Notes under the pieces: model-generated
Database searches by the model: none
What the model saw: only the letters and a program-made list of their open reading frames with translations
What the model was told of the DNA's origin: nothing
Virus record (IMG/VR): IMGVR_UViG_3300027747_002427
Strand: one strand, 5' to 3'
Source of the DNA: a virus
Taxonomy: Duplodnaviria; Caudoviricetes
Length of the DNA: 64,000 nucleotides
Program-made: the position numbers and the translations under genes
Shown here: piece after piece, positions 18,534-26,538 of the stretch
Numbering within the stretch: position 1 is the stretch's first letter
Layout: every line of letters begins with the position of its first letter

Positions 18534-18662
18534 GTGCTTACTGTATTTGAAGGCGCTATGACGGGGTTGATGCTTATTCCCTTTGTAATTGGTTATATAA
18601 CTTTTTTAATATTTAAATATACTTGTAAAATTCTTCTTGCAATTATACGTAAACTATCATAG
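18534..18662 (+). CDS. 42-aa membrane peptide between tRNAs (GTG start)
   Basis: AGGGGGTAAGTATTTAT immediately upstream; hydrophobic core. Confidence 0.4.
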   Translation: MLTVFEGAMTGLMLIPFVIGYITFLIFKYTCKILLAIIRKLS

Positions 18663-18674
18663 TATATAAACCAT

Positions 18675-18746
18675 GTCCTCATAGTGTAGCGGTTAGCACC
18701 AGCCCCTTTCACGGGCTTAGCAGGGGTTCAAATCCCCTTGAGGATG
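18675..18746 (+). tRNA. tRNA-Glu(UUC)
   Basis: AGCCC-CTTTCAC-GGGCT anticodon arm; no encoded CCA. Confidence 0.9.
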
Positions 18747-18762
18747 TTAAATAATTTTATAT

Positions 18763-18852
18763 GGAAGCTTACTCAAGCGGTTTACGAGAGCGGTTTACTA
18801 AACCGCCGAGCCTTCATCGGCTCCGTGGGTTCGAATCCCACAGCTTCCTCCA
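18763..18852 (+). tRNA. tRNA-Ser(ACU), type II, A34
   Basis: GGAAGCT/AGCTTCC acceptor; GCGGT-TTACTAA-ACCGC arm; long variable arm; CCA encoded. Confidence 0.85.
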
Positions 18853-18855
18853 TAT

Positions 18856-18933
18856 GCGTCAATGCCTGAGAAGCCCAAAGGAAAGGTCTGCAAAACCTTA
18901 AAGCCGTAGGTGCAAATCCTACTTGACGCTCCA
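18856..18933 (+). tRNA. tRNA-Cys(GCA)
   Basis: AAGGT-CTGCAAA-ACCTT; U73; CCA. Confidence 0.88.
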
Positions 18934-18940
18934 TTTTAAC

Positions 18941-19029
18941 GGAAGTGTGTCTGAGTGGTTTAAAGAGTCAGTCTTGAAAACTGAAGAGGTCTAAAGCCTC
19001 CGTGGGTTCGAATCCCACCGCTTCCTCCA
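18941..19029 (+). tRNA. tRNA-Ser(UGA)
   Basis: TCAGT-CTTGAAA-ACTGA; long variable arm; CCA. Confidence 0.92.
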
Positions 19030-19052
19030 TATAAAAGGGGGTAAGTATTTAT

Positions 19053-19406
19053 ATGTTTACAAGAATTAAAGATACTCTCCAAGGTAAAGCTCCTATAACA
19101 GCTTCTCGCTCTCCTAAATGGAATGGTGTGAGAGATGCACATTTAAAACAACAACCTAATTGTGCAGTTTGCGAAGGTAATGAAAATCTTAATGTTCATC
19201 ATATTAAACCCTTTCATTTACACCCAGATTTAGAATTAGAACCTACTAATCTTATTACTCTTTGTGAATGTGAGAAGCATGGTGTTAATTGTCATTTACT
19301 CATTGGGCATTTAGGTAATTTTAGAAATGTTAATCCACATGTGTTAGAAGATGTTCCACTTTGGAATGCTAGACTAAAAGAAAAAAACAATAATCCAGAC
19401 TTATAG
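19053..19406 (+). CDS. HNH endonuclease inside tRNA cluster
   Basis: CAVC...VHHIKP...NLITLC...CHLLIGH. Confidence 0.85.
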   Translation: MFTRIKDTLQGKAPITASRSPKWNGVRDAHLKQQPNCAVCEGNENLNVHHIKPFHLHPDLELEPTNLITLCECEKHGVNCHLLIGHLGNFRNVNPHVLEDVPLWNARLKEKNNNPDL

Positions 19407-19454
19407 TTATTGCCTTACTGATGAAGATGTATTAATATATACATCATAAGCATC

Positions 19455-19529
19455 CGGGATGTAGCTCAGCTTGGCTAGAGCGCTTGGTTTGGGACCAAGA
19501 TGTCGTAGGTTCGAATCCTATCATCCCGA
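19455..19529 (+). tRNA. tRNA-Pro(UGG)
   Basis: CTTGG-TTTGGGA-CCAAG; CGGGATG/CATCCCG; no CCA. Confidence 0.93.
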
Positions 19530-19536
19530 AATTTAA

Positions 19537-19611
19537 TGTCGAGTAGCTCAGTGGTAGAGCGGAGAGCTGTTAACTCTTTGGTCGTAGGTTCAAATCCTAC
19601 CTCGACAGCCA
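19537..19611 (+). tRNA. tRNA-Asn(GUU)
   Basis: GAGAG-CTGTTAA-CTCTT; G73; CCA. Confidence 0.93.
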
Positions 19612-19648
19612 ACTTTTTTTGAAACTCTTAGGGTAAGTAATATCATCT

Positions 19649-20002
19649 ATGACCCTTTCTCCAGTAGTTTCCTCTCTCCCAGCCACTCCAAATATAGGGT
19701 GGAATAATTCTTGGGTTTCCGTACCCAATGACCAAAGTAGATCTTTATTTGCTCAAGCAATGTATAAAGTTAATGAATTAGGTAGTAATGGAATTACAGT
19801 TATTGCTGGGACTAATCAAGTAGATGGTAAATTTGGGGGTCTTCAAACAATAACTTCAACGGTTTTTGCAGGATTGACTTCTTCCGGGACTACAGCAGTA
19901 AGTGCGATATCTATTCCTACATTCCCAGCTGGGTTCGTTTTAAACGGCAATTTTACATCTATAAAATTAACAAGTGGTCAAGTCATTGCTTATAACGCTT
20001 AA
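19649..20002 (+). CDS. Small beta-rich probable virion protein
   Basis: C-terminal PAGFVLNGNFTSIKLTSGQVIAY; N-terminal module shared with 6421..7068. Confidence 0.5.
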   Translation: MTLSPVVSSLPATPNIGWNNSWVSVPNDQSRSLFAQAMYKVNELGSNGITVIAGTNQVDGKFGGLQTITSTVFAGLTSSGTTAVSAISIPTFPAGFVLNGNFTSIKLTSGQVIAYNA

Positions 20003-20004
20003 AT

Positions 20005-20012
20005 TATAAATA
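20005..20012 (+). promoter_or_regulatory. T4-type late promoter TATAAATA
   Basis: Exact T4 gp55 consensus, 7 nt before ATG 20020. Confidence 0.55.
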
Positions 20013-20019
20013 TAATATC

Positions 20020-20259
20020 ATGAGTATAAAAATAGTAACAAAACCAGAAGAATCATTAACAATTGAATCCGTAGAAGTAATAGCTGTAAGAGATTTATTT
20101 GACGAAAAAAAGATTATAGCTCGTATAGCAGGTCTCCCTAGAGGCGTTATCCTTTGGGAAGGAGATACAGAATATACAGCAGCCGGTAATTGGACAAATG
20201 AAACAGCAATAGCTAAGGCAAACGAGGTTATTAATTCCGGTTCTATTAAGTGGGCTTAA
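20020..20259 (+). CDS. Hypothetical protein
   Basis: 79 aa ORF with late motif. Confidence 0.5.
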   Translation: MSIKIVTKPEESLTIESVEVIAVRDLFDEKKIIARIAGLPRGVILWEGDTEYTAAGNWTNETAIAKANEVINSGSIKWA

Positions 20260-20277
20260 TTTAGCTTAAAAAACTAA

Positions 20278-20305
20278 TTGCATTTATTAATCATTTCTTT
20301 ATAAT
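20278..20305 (+). promoter_or_regulatory. sigma70-type promoter for purA
   Basis: TTGCAT-N16-TATAAT, ATG 6 nt later. Confidence 0.65.
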
Positions 20306-20311
20306 AAGGGA

Positions 20312-21310
20312 ATGATTAATTTTGTTGATATCATAGTAGGTCTTGCTTGGGGGGATGAAGGCAAAGGTAAAGTCTCAAGCGCTTTAGCCAAAGATTATGA
20401 CATGGTATGTCGTTGGAATGGTGGTCCAAATGCTGGTCATACGGTTTATCTAAATGATAAGAAATATAAAACACATCTGATTCCTTCTGGAGTATTTCAC
20501 GGTAAGCCTTCTATTATAGGTCCTAATTGTGTTATTAATATCAGCAAGTTTTGGGAAGAGATGGAATATCTTAAAGAGAATGGGTTTGATACTTCTTTAG
20601 TAAAAATTCATCCTCATGCTCATGTGATTACTAAAGATCATATTAAATTTGATTTGGATTATCTCAAACCAAAATTAGGAACAACCGGTCAAGGCATTGC
20701 TCCTTGTTATGCGGCAAAAGCAAATAGAGTAGGAGTTCAAATTAAAGATTCTTCGATTGATCCGATATATCATTGGAATGGAAAATTACAAGGTAAAATT
20801 CTTTGCGAAGGAGCACAAAGTATTTGGTTGGATATCAATTACGGGGATTATCCTTATGTAACAAGTTCTGAAACGTTTCCTCATAATGCTTGTTCTCTTG
20901 GATTTTCTCCAAAAAAGATCAGAGACATTATTGGAGTAGCAAAGATCTATGATACAAAAAGTGGTGTAGATCCTTTATTTCCAGAAACACTTTGGGACGA
21001 TCCTATTCTTGATAAAGTCATTGAAATTGGAGGAGAAGTAGGAACGACAACTGGAAGAAAAAGAATTGTAAACTGGCTAAATGTTAGAAAGCTAGTTGAG
21101 GCTATTAATCTTTCAGGAGTAACAAAGCTTATTATTAATAAGTGTGATGTACTAGAAAAGGTTGGCGAATTTAGATATAATTTTGATAATAATGGATTTG
21201 TATCAATTGGTCTTAATCCATTTAAGAAAAGTTTAACAAAAGATATAATAGAAAACACAGAACTTAAAGAAGAAGATATTGTATTTTCCGGTGACACGAC
21301 TAAAATATAA
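20312..21310 (+). CDS. purA: Adenylosuccinate synthetase (short form)
   Basis: GDEGKGK, GGPNAGHT, EGAQ, PYVTSS, GTTTGRKR. Confidence 0.92.
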   Translation: MINFVDIIVGLAWGDEGKGKVSSALAKDYDMVCRWNGGPNAGHTVYLNDKKYKTHLIPSGVFHGKPSIIGPNCVINISKFWEEMEYLKENGFDTSLVKIHPHAHVITKDHIKFDLDYLKPKLGTTGQGIAPCYAAKANRVGVQIKDSSIDPIYHWNGKLQGKILCEGAQSIWLDINYGDYPYVTSSETFPHNACSLGFSPKKIRDIIGVAKIYDTKSGVDPLFPETLWDDPILDKVIEIGGEVGTTTGRKRIVNWLNVRKLVEAINLSGVTKLIINKCDVLEKVGEFRYNFDNNGFVSIGLNPFKKSLTKDIIENTELKEEDIVFSGDTTKI

Positions 21311-21312
21311 CC

Positions 21313-21627
21313 ATGAGTAATTCCACATCATCAGCCTTCAAAGGCATTCCCACTAAACTTACAAACAATCCAGAGGTTGTTGAAGAAATTCTTCTTACAG
21401 AAGTTCCTGTAATTGATGAGACTTTATTAGAAACACCATCTACTGAAACACCTATAGTTGAAGTACCAATTGCAGAAGGTTCATTATTAGAGAATCCTAT
21501 TATTGATGAAACTTTATTAGAAGAAGGTTCTTTAGAAGAACAACATAAAGATCTTTTGAAGAAAGAGGAAAGTGTTTTGGAAAGAAAGATTGAAGTTTTA
21601 GAAGAACTTAAAACTTTAATTTCTTAA
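21313..21627 (+). CDS. Highly acidic repeat protein
   Basis: Repeated PxIDETLLE / EGSLLE units. Confidence 0.5.
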   Translation: MSNSTSSAFKGIPTKLTNNPEVVEEILLTEVPVIDETLLETPSTETPIVEVPIAEGSLLENPIIDETLLEEGSLEEQHKDLLKKEESVLERKIEVLEELKTLIS

Positions 21628-21635
21628 AAATTTAT

Positions 21636-21706
21636 TTCCTGGTGGTGTAATGGTAGCACAAGAGTTTTTGGCACTCTTTGTCGAGGTTCGAGTCCTTGCC
21701 GGGAAG
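21636..21706 (+). tRNA. tRNA-Gln(UUG)
   Basis: AGAGT-TTTTGGC-ACTCT; TTCCTGG/CCGGGAA; no CCA. Confidence 0.9.
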
Positions 21707-21714
21707 CTTTTTAG

Positions 21715-21743
21715 TTGATATTCCTTTATAAAACATTTAATAT
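21715..21743 (+). promoter_or_regulatory. sigma70-type early promoter
   Basis: TTGATA-N17-TAATAT-ATAAACA-ATG, same layout as 9014. Confidence 0.65.
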
Positions 21744-21750
21744 ATAAACA

Positions 21751-22107
21751 ATGAGCGAAGAAAATACAAAGACAGTAAGACTAATGGAATCCTTTACCAC
21801 ATATGAGTGCCATGGAGACATTAAACTTAATCTTGATATTTTCCCGGAATTGAAAGATAAGACAAATCAAGAAATTCAAACTTGGTTAAATGAAAATTCT
21901 GGTAATCTTTATATTGATTGTTATAGCCAAGAACTTCGCAAAGATCAATATTATATATATTCCCAAGAAGAATTAGATGATATGTTGGTTAATGGAGAAG
22001 ATCCTGAAATAGATGATAGTGTAATAGAACTTTCAGAATATTGGTCAAATACGGAAGTGATTTGGGATAAAATCAAGTGTGAAGAAAAGACTTTGCATGT
22101 ACAATAA
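21751..22107 (+). CDS. Acidic hypothetical protein
   Basis: 118 aa ORF. Confidence 0.5.
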   Translation: MSEENTKTVRLMESFTTYECHGDIKLNLDIFPELKDKTNQEIQTWLNENSGNLYIDCYSQELRKDQYYIYSQEELDDMLVNGEDPEIDDSVIELSEYWSNTEVIWDKIKCEEKTLHVQ

Positions 22108-22114
22108 TTTAAAT

Positions 22115-22199
22115 GGGTAGATCGCATAGCGGCAATTGCCGGAGACTGTAAATCTCCTCTCCTCGGAGTTCGAAGGTTCGAGTCCTTCTCTGCCCACCA
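22115..22199 (+). tRNA. tRNA-Tyr(GUA)
   Basis: GGAGA-CTGTAAA-TCTCC; variable arm; CCA. Confidence 0.92.
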
Positions 22200-22203
22200 T
22201 TTT

Positions 22204-22872
22204 ATGAAAATTAAAACTAAACTTACAAAAATTTGTACAGGTGTTTATCTTTGCGAAATTGATAATGCTTATGATTTGGCAATGACTTTTTGTAGGGTTC
22301 AAGAATTTTATGAATCTTCTTTTGAGCAAATAAGAGGCAAAAATTTTAATATGATGGAATTTCAAAGAATTTATTCTTTGAAAAATGGAGGAACTTTTAC
22401 ATATCCTGAAGACTGGTCTGGTTTTAATATTCCTAGTGGTATTTTAGATAAATTTTATAAAGGTTCTTGGGTTCAGACAGATTGGAATATGTATGATTCA
22501 GTATTAAAAAAAGTGATCAATCAAATAAAAGAAAACAAACCTTATTATTTGATAGGGACACAGAAAAAGGATCAAGATACCATCAATCATGAATTATGTC
22601 ATGCGTTTTATAAATTAGATAAAAAATATAAAAAAAGTGTAACCAAACTTATTAATAGTATTCCAAGAAGACTTTTAGATAAAATGAAAAATGTTCTTCG
22701 TAAAACCGGATATTGCGATAATGTATTAAGAGATGAAATACAAGCATATCTTTCCTGTGACCAAGCCTTTTTAGGCGATGCAATAAGATCCGATTGGGAG
22801 AAAATAGAAAAGTGGGGTATTGTTTTTGAAAAACATTTTAATAAACATATTACCCTAAATATAAAGAAATGA
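22204..22872 (+). CDS. Zincin-like (HExxH) hypothetical protein
   Basis: INHELCHAFY motif; downstream DEIQAY. Confidence 0.55.
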   Translation: MKIKTKLTKICTGVYLCEIDNAYDLAMTFCRVQEFYESSFEQIRGKNFNMMEFQRIYSLKNGGTFTYPEDWSGFNIPSGILDKFYKGSWVQTDWNMYDSVLKKVINQIKENKPYYLIGTQKKDQDTINHELCHAFYKLDKKYKKSVTKLINSIPRRLLDKMKNVLRKTGYCDNVLRDEIQAYLSCDQAFLGDAIRSDWEKIEKWGIVFEKHFNKHITLNIKK

Positions 22873-24008
22873 ACTTTAAAGATTTCTATAACAACGAAGA
22901 AGGACACATGGTTCTTGTTAAAGACGTTGAGATTAGTGAGGCGTTATCATATCACCTGAAACATAAATTAACCTTAAGTGAAAATGCTTTTAGAATATAT
23001 TCAGATCAATACTTTGCTTTAATTCAAGAAGCTAGAGATCTTTATAATCAAGATGCCTTGGCTTTAAATGACGAAGATGTAGAATTAGTTGAATCTTCTT
23101 TAGGTGAAAAAGCAATTTACAACGGAAGAGAAGTTTATTTAGAAGCCCCTCTTTATCTAAGTGAGGATATTATATTAGAAGCAACATTGGAGCCTAATTC
23201 TATTGATACAACAATTTATGTTGATATGGATGGGGTTTTAGCTGATTTAAGAAAAGCAGTTTGTCAATATGTTGGTAAAGATCATGTTGAAGACGAAGAT
23301 TATGACAAATATTTCTTAGATCATAAAGACAATATAAAAGATTGTTTTAGAAATCTTACAAAATTCGATTCAACAGATTATTTAATTAAGCTTGTTTCGG
23401 ATGTTGCAGGGTCTTATAAAATTTGTTCATCGCCTTTAAGAAGTGATAGAGAAAATTCATCCATCGGAAAAAGTGAATGGTTAGAATCCAATTTAGAAAT
23501 TAAACCTTTAGAGAAAATTTTTACAGGCCGCAAAGAGTCCTATGCTACTACAAACGGCAAACCTAATATTTTAATAGATGATAAAGAAAAAAATATTAGA
23601 AGGTGGGAAGATAAAGGCGGAATAGGAATTCTTTATTCGGCAGAACATGATAGTCTAGACACAATTGTTCAAGGTTTAGAAAGAGCTAAAAAAATATTAA
23701 TGGGTGAAAGTACAATTACAGAAGCTATTAAAAATGGTAAAAAAGTAAAACTCGGCCATCCATTTAGAACCCCAGGAGGTCCTAAGAAATTTGCCGTTTA
23801 TGTTAAGACACCCAAAGGTTCTATCAAGAAAGTAACCTTTGGAGATCCTAATATGAAGGTTCGTAATAATAATAAAGCTAGAGCTAAATCATTTAGAGCA
23901 AGACATAAATGTTCTCAAAAGAAAGATAGAACAACGGCTGGTTATTGGAGCTGTAATGTTTCTCGATATCGTAAAGCTTTAGGTTTAAAATCTTCAAGAG
24001 TCTGGTAA
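22869..24008 (+). CDS. Multidomain protein: CTS-like N-domain + HAD 5'(3')-deoxyribonucleotidase-like + DUF6321-like basic C-domain
   Basis: MNFKDFY; IYVDMDGVLAD, ICSSP, K, ILIDD HAD motifs; KKFAVYVK...TFGDPNMK...RAKSFRARHKC...YWSC. Confidence 0.75.
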   Translation: MNFKDFYNNEEGHMVLVKDVEISEALSYHLKHKLTLSENAFRIYSDQYFALIQEARDLYNQDALALNDEDVELVESSLGEKAIYNGREVYLEAPLYLSEDIILEATLEPNSIDTTIYVDMDGVLADLRKAVCQYVGKDHVEDEDYDKYFLDHKDNIKDCFRNLTKFDSTDYLIKLVSDVAGSYKICSSPLRSDRENSSIGKSEWLESNLEIKPLEKIFTGRKESYATTNGKPNILIDDKEKNIRRWEDKGGIGILYSAEHDSLDTIVQGLERAKKILMGESTITEAIKNGKKVKLGHPFRTPGGPKKFAVYVKTPKGSIKKVTFGDPNMKVRNNNKARAKSFRARHKCSQKKDRTTAGYWSCNVSRYRKALGLKSSRVW

Positions 24009-24271
24009 TGAGCCTTCCGTTTCAGCAAGAAAGGATATCTGATAAAGAAGTTATCAGATCATTTTCAGAATTTATAGATGAAGAAGATTTAAAATGGCAT
24101 TTTGATAAAGAAGACAGAATAGTTGAAGCTTTAGAACCTACGGATTGGTTAATTCAATTTGATAACCAATTACCCCAATTAATAGAAGGCAAAATAGAAA
24201 TCCCTGCTGGAATATATCACAGAGTAATAAAAGGAAAAAAAGATTTTAAAATTAAAATTAAAATGTCTTGA
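24008..24271 (+). CDS. Cupin-like small protein
   Basis: WHFDKEDRIVE...IPAGIYHRVIKG pattern. Confidence 0.6.
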   Translation: MSLPFQQERISDKEVIRSFSEFIDEEDLKWHFDKEDRIVEALEPTDWLIQFDNQLPQLIEGKIEIPAGIYHRVIKGKKDFKIKIKMS

Positions 24272-24296
24272 TCTTTCTTATCAGGTGTATTAATAT
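24268..24296 (+). promoter_or_regulatory. sigma70-type promoter for tRNA-Val/Ala
   Basis: TTGATC-N17-TAATAT-AAAC. Confidence 0.6.
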
Positions 24297-24307
24297 AAAC
24301 ATGATAT

Positions 24308-24383
24308 GCACGAGTAGCTCAGTGGTAGTAGCGTTTCGCTTACACCGAAAATGTCGGGGGTTCGAATCCCTCCTCGTGTACCA
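24308..24383 (+). tRNA. tRNA-Val(UAC)
   Basis: TTTCG-CTTACAC-CGAAA; CCA. Confidence 0.92.
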
Positions 24384-24384
24384 T

Positions 24385-24457
<73 letters not shown>

Positions 24458-24467
24458 CTCCACTATT

Positions 24468-24800
24468 ATGAATTCTTTAATAACAAATTTTCTAATTTTA
24501 GTAGGGGTTTGTTATATTATAGCTTTTATAGCGTCTATAATTTATAGACTAAGACACCCAAGCAAAAAGAACTTGATAGAAGAAGGTTGTCGTTTGGTTA
24601 TCTATAAAATAGCTACAAAAAGAAAAGGAAAATATTTTACTACCTTTAATACTTTAAAACATGATTTAAGATTAAATGTAATTGGAATAAACAAAGAAAA
24701 TGCTTGCGAAATAACAAGGTGCGTTTTAGAAAAATTGATGGAAAATAAAATAATTGAATTAGATACACATTTGGAAATTGATGTTTATCATGAAATTTAA
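24468..24800 (+). CDS. Single-TM hypothetical protein
   Basis: Start moved to MNSLITNF because the longer ORF overlaps tRNAs. Confidence 0.45.
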   Translation: MNSLITNFLILVGVCYIIAFIASIIYRLRHPSKKNLIEEGCRLVIYKIATKRKGKYFTTFNTLKHDLRLNVIGINKENACEITRCVLEKLMENKIIELDTHLEIDVYHEI

Positions 24801-25023
24801 AATATTAATATTTTTTTTATACATCACATCAATATTTGCCAAAGATACTAACTCTAATAATGGCTCAATTGATTTAAACAAATTTTTATCAGATATGCAA
24901 GATCAATATTATCTTAAAATTATAGAAAAGAAAAAAATTGATATAATCTTGACAGGTCAAACCTTTTTCGATTATAATATTAATCGTAATTATACCTATA
25001 GTTGTTTTAAAATAAAATTTTAA
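24778..25023 (+). CDS. Small secreted-type hypothetical protein
   Basis: Signal-peptide-like N-terminus. Confidence 0.35.
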   Translation: MMFIMKFKILIFFLYITSIFAKDTNSNNGSIDLNKFLSDMQDQYYLKIIEKKKIDIILTGQTFFDYNINRNYTYSCFKIKF

Positions 25024-25027
25024 TAAA

Positions 25028-25549
25028 ATGCATAAAGATTTAGAAAATATATTATTCTCAAAAATTTCCCTTTCAGCAAAAATTAAATCTCTTGGAAGAA
25101 CTATTAGTAAAGATTACAAAGAAGAGCCTTTAACTATTATCAGTCTTATGGCTGGTAGTATTTTATTTACAGCTGATTTAATAAGGGAAATCAATATTCC
25201 AATTCAATTATACACTATAACAGTCTCAAGTTATAATGGAGAAAAAATAAGTTCAGGGACGCTCAATATTCAAGGGCATATACCAGATTGTAAAGATAAA
25301 AACGTTTTAATAGTAGATGATATTTTAGATTCCGGTTTAACTCTTTATACGTTAAAAAACCGATTAAATGAATTGAATCCCAAATCAGTTAAAACTTGTG
25401 TTTTATTAAATAAGAAAATTGAAAGACCATATACAATAGATCCTGATTATTATGGATTTGAAATAGGAGAAGAATTTGTTGTAGGTTATGGATTAGATTA
25501 TCAGGGACTATATAGAAATATCCCTTATATTGGTACTCTTAAGAATTAA
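25028..25549 (+). CDS. hpt: Hypoxanthine phosphoribosyltransferase
   Basis: VLIVDDILDSGLTL PRPP loop; FVVGYGLDY...YRNIPYI. Confidence 0.92.
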   Translation: MHKDLENILFSKISLSAKIKSLGRTISKDYKEEPLTIISLMAGSILFTADLIREINIPIQLYTITVSSYNGEKISSGTLNIQGHIPDCKDKNVLIVDDILDSGLTLYTLKNRLNELNPKSVKTCVLLNKKIERPYTIDPDYYGFEIGEEFVVGYGLDYQGLYRNIPYIGTLKN

Positions 25550-25550
25550 T

Positions 25551-26141
25551 ATGAATTGTGGATATTTAAAAAGAGAAACGGTTTTAGTTTTAAATCGTAA
25601 TTGGCAAGCTATACACGTTAAATCACCGGCTGAAGCATTGGCTGCAATGTTCAGTGATGATGCAACCGGCCTAGATGTTCAAGGAACAGATAATATGATT
25701 CCTTATAGATGGGATCAATGGATTAATTTGCCTTATGATGAAAATGCTTCTTACATTAAAACAGTAAGAGGAGATATAAAAATACCAAAGATTATTATCC
25801 TAGCAGAATTTGATAAAGTTCCACAAAAAAGACCAAAGTTTTCTTCTAAAGCTATTTGGAGAAGAGATGAAAGTATTTGCCAATATACAGGTCAAAAATT
25901 AACTCCTAATGAGGGTAATATTGATCATGTTATTCCAAGATCAAAAGGCGGCAAGACTAGTTGGACTAACTGTGTTTTAGTTCATAAAGAAGTAAATGCT
26001 AGGAAAGCGGATAAAATGCCACATGAAGCAGGTTTAAAATTAATCAGACAACCACAAATTCCTAAAGCATTACCTACTACATTTTACATTAAAAATAAAC
26101 ATAAAATCCAGGAATGGGAAATTTTCTTAAAATATGAATAG
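25551..26141 (+). CDS. HNH endonuclease (McrA-like)
   Basis: VLVLN, RRDESICQYTG, IDHVIPRSKGG.TSWTN, NARK. Confidence 0.88.
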   Translation: MNCGYLKRETVLVLNRNWQAIHVKSPAEALAAMFSDDATGLDVQGTDNMIPYRWDQWINLPYDENASYIKTVRGDIKIPKIIILAEFDKVPQKRPKFSSKAIWRRDESICQYTGQKLTPNEGNIDHVIPRSKGGKTSWTNCVLVHKEVNARKADKMPHEAGLKLIRQPQIPKALPTTFYIKNKHKIQEWEIFLKYE

Positions 26142-26538
26142 AATATCTTGGGAAGAATATGCTTTAAAAATAGCAGAAGTAGCTTCATTAAGAAGTGAGG
26201 ATCCTCGTACTAAAGTAGGTTGCTGTTTACTTCGCACAGATAATACCGTAGCTAGTTTAGGTTATAATGGAGCTCCAGCTGGAGTGGAAATAGAATGGAA
26301 TAACCGTGAAGAAAAACACAAAAGGGTTATTCACGCAGAGATTAATGCTCTTAGAATGGTTAAACCAGGAGAGTGTTATCTAGCAGCAGTAACTCATTCT
26401 TGTTGCAATGATTGTTTAAAATCTTTAGCAGCCTACGGAATCAAAAAAATAATTTATAAAACTCATTACGATACAGGCACCTCATATTCATTTACAGAGA
26501 TAGCCAAAGATTTCGGAATTGAAGTAGTAAATTTATGA
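26134..26538 (+). CDS. dCMP deaminase
   Basis: SEDPRTKVG, GYNG, HAEINAL, CNDC. Confidence 0.88.
   Translation: MNRISWEEYALKIAEVASLRSEDPRTKVGCCLLRTDNTVASLGYNGAPAGVEIEWNNREEKHKRVIHAEINALRMVKPGECYLAAVTHSCCNDCLKSLAAYGIKKIIYKTHYDTGTSYSFTEIAKDFGIEVVNL

Noticed and set aside
18763-18852. Amber suppressor (CUA) reading of the TTACTAA loop, or stop-codon recoding of the genome
   Set aside because: The perfect stem fixes ACT at 34-36; CTA would need A33 and a broken stem. Long ORFs are intact in code 11 and TAG/TGA act as true stops.
18960-19142. ORF-track ORFs overlapping tRNAs (also 22045..22365, 24268..24471 and the 5' part of 24351..24800)
   Set aside because: They are antisense or in-frame shadows of clear tRNA genes.
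20312-21310. PurZ (2-aminoadenine, Z-genome) instead of PurA
   Set aside because: The N-terminal motif is canonical GDEGKG with the catalytic Asp, not the GSTGKG/GSEAKG of PurZ/PurZ0. NAGHT, EGAQ and TTGR are PurA-like, and no DatZ/MazZ is in the window.
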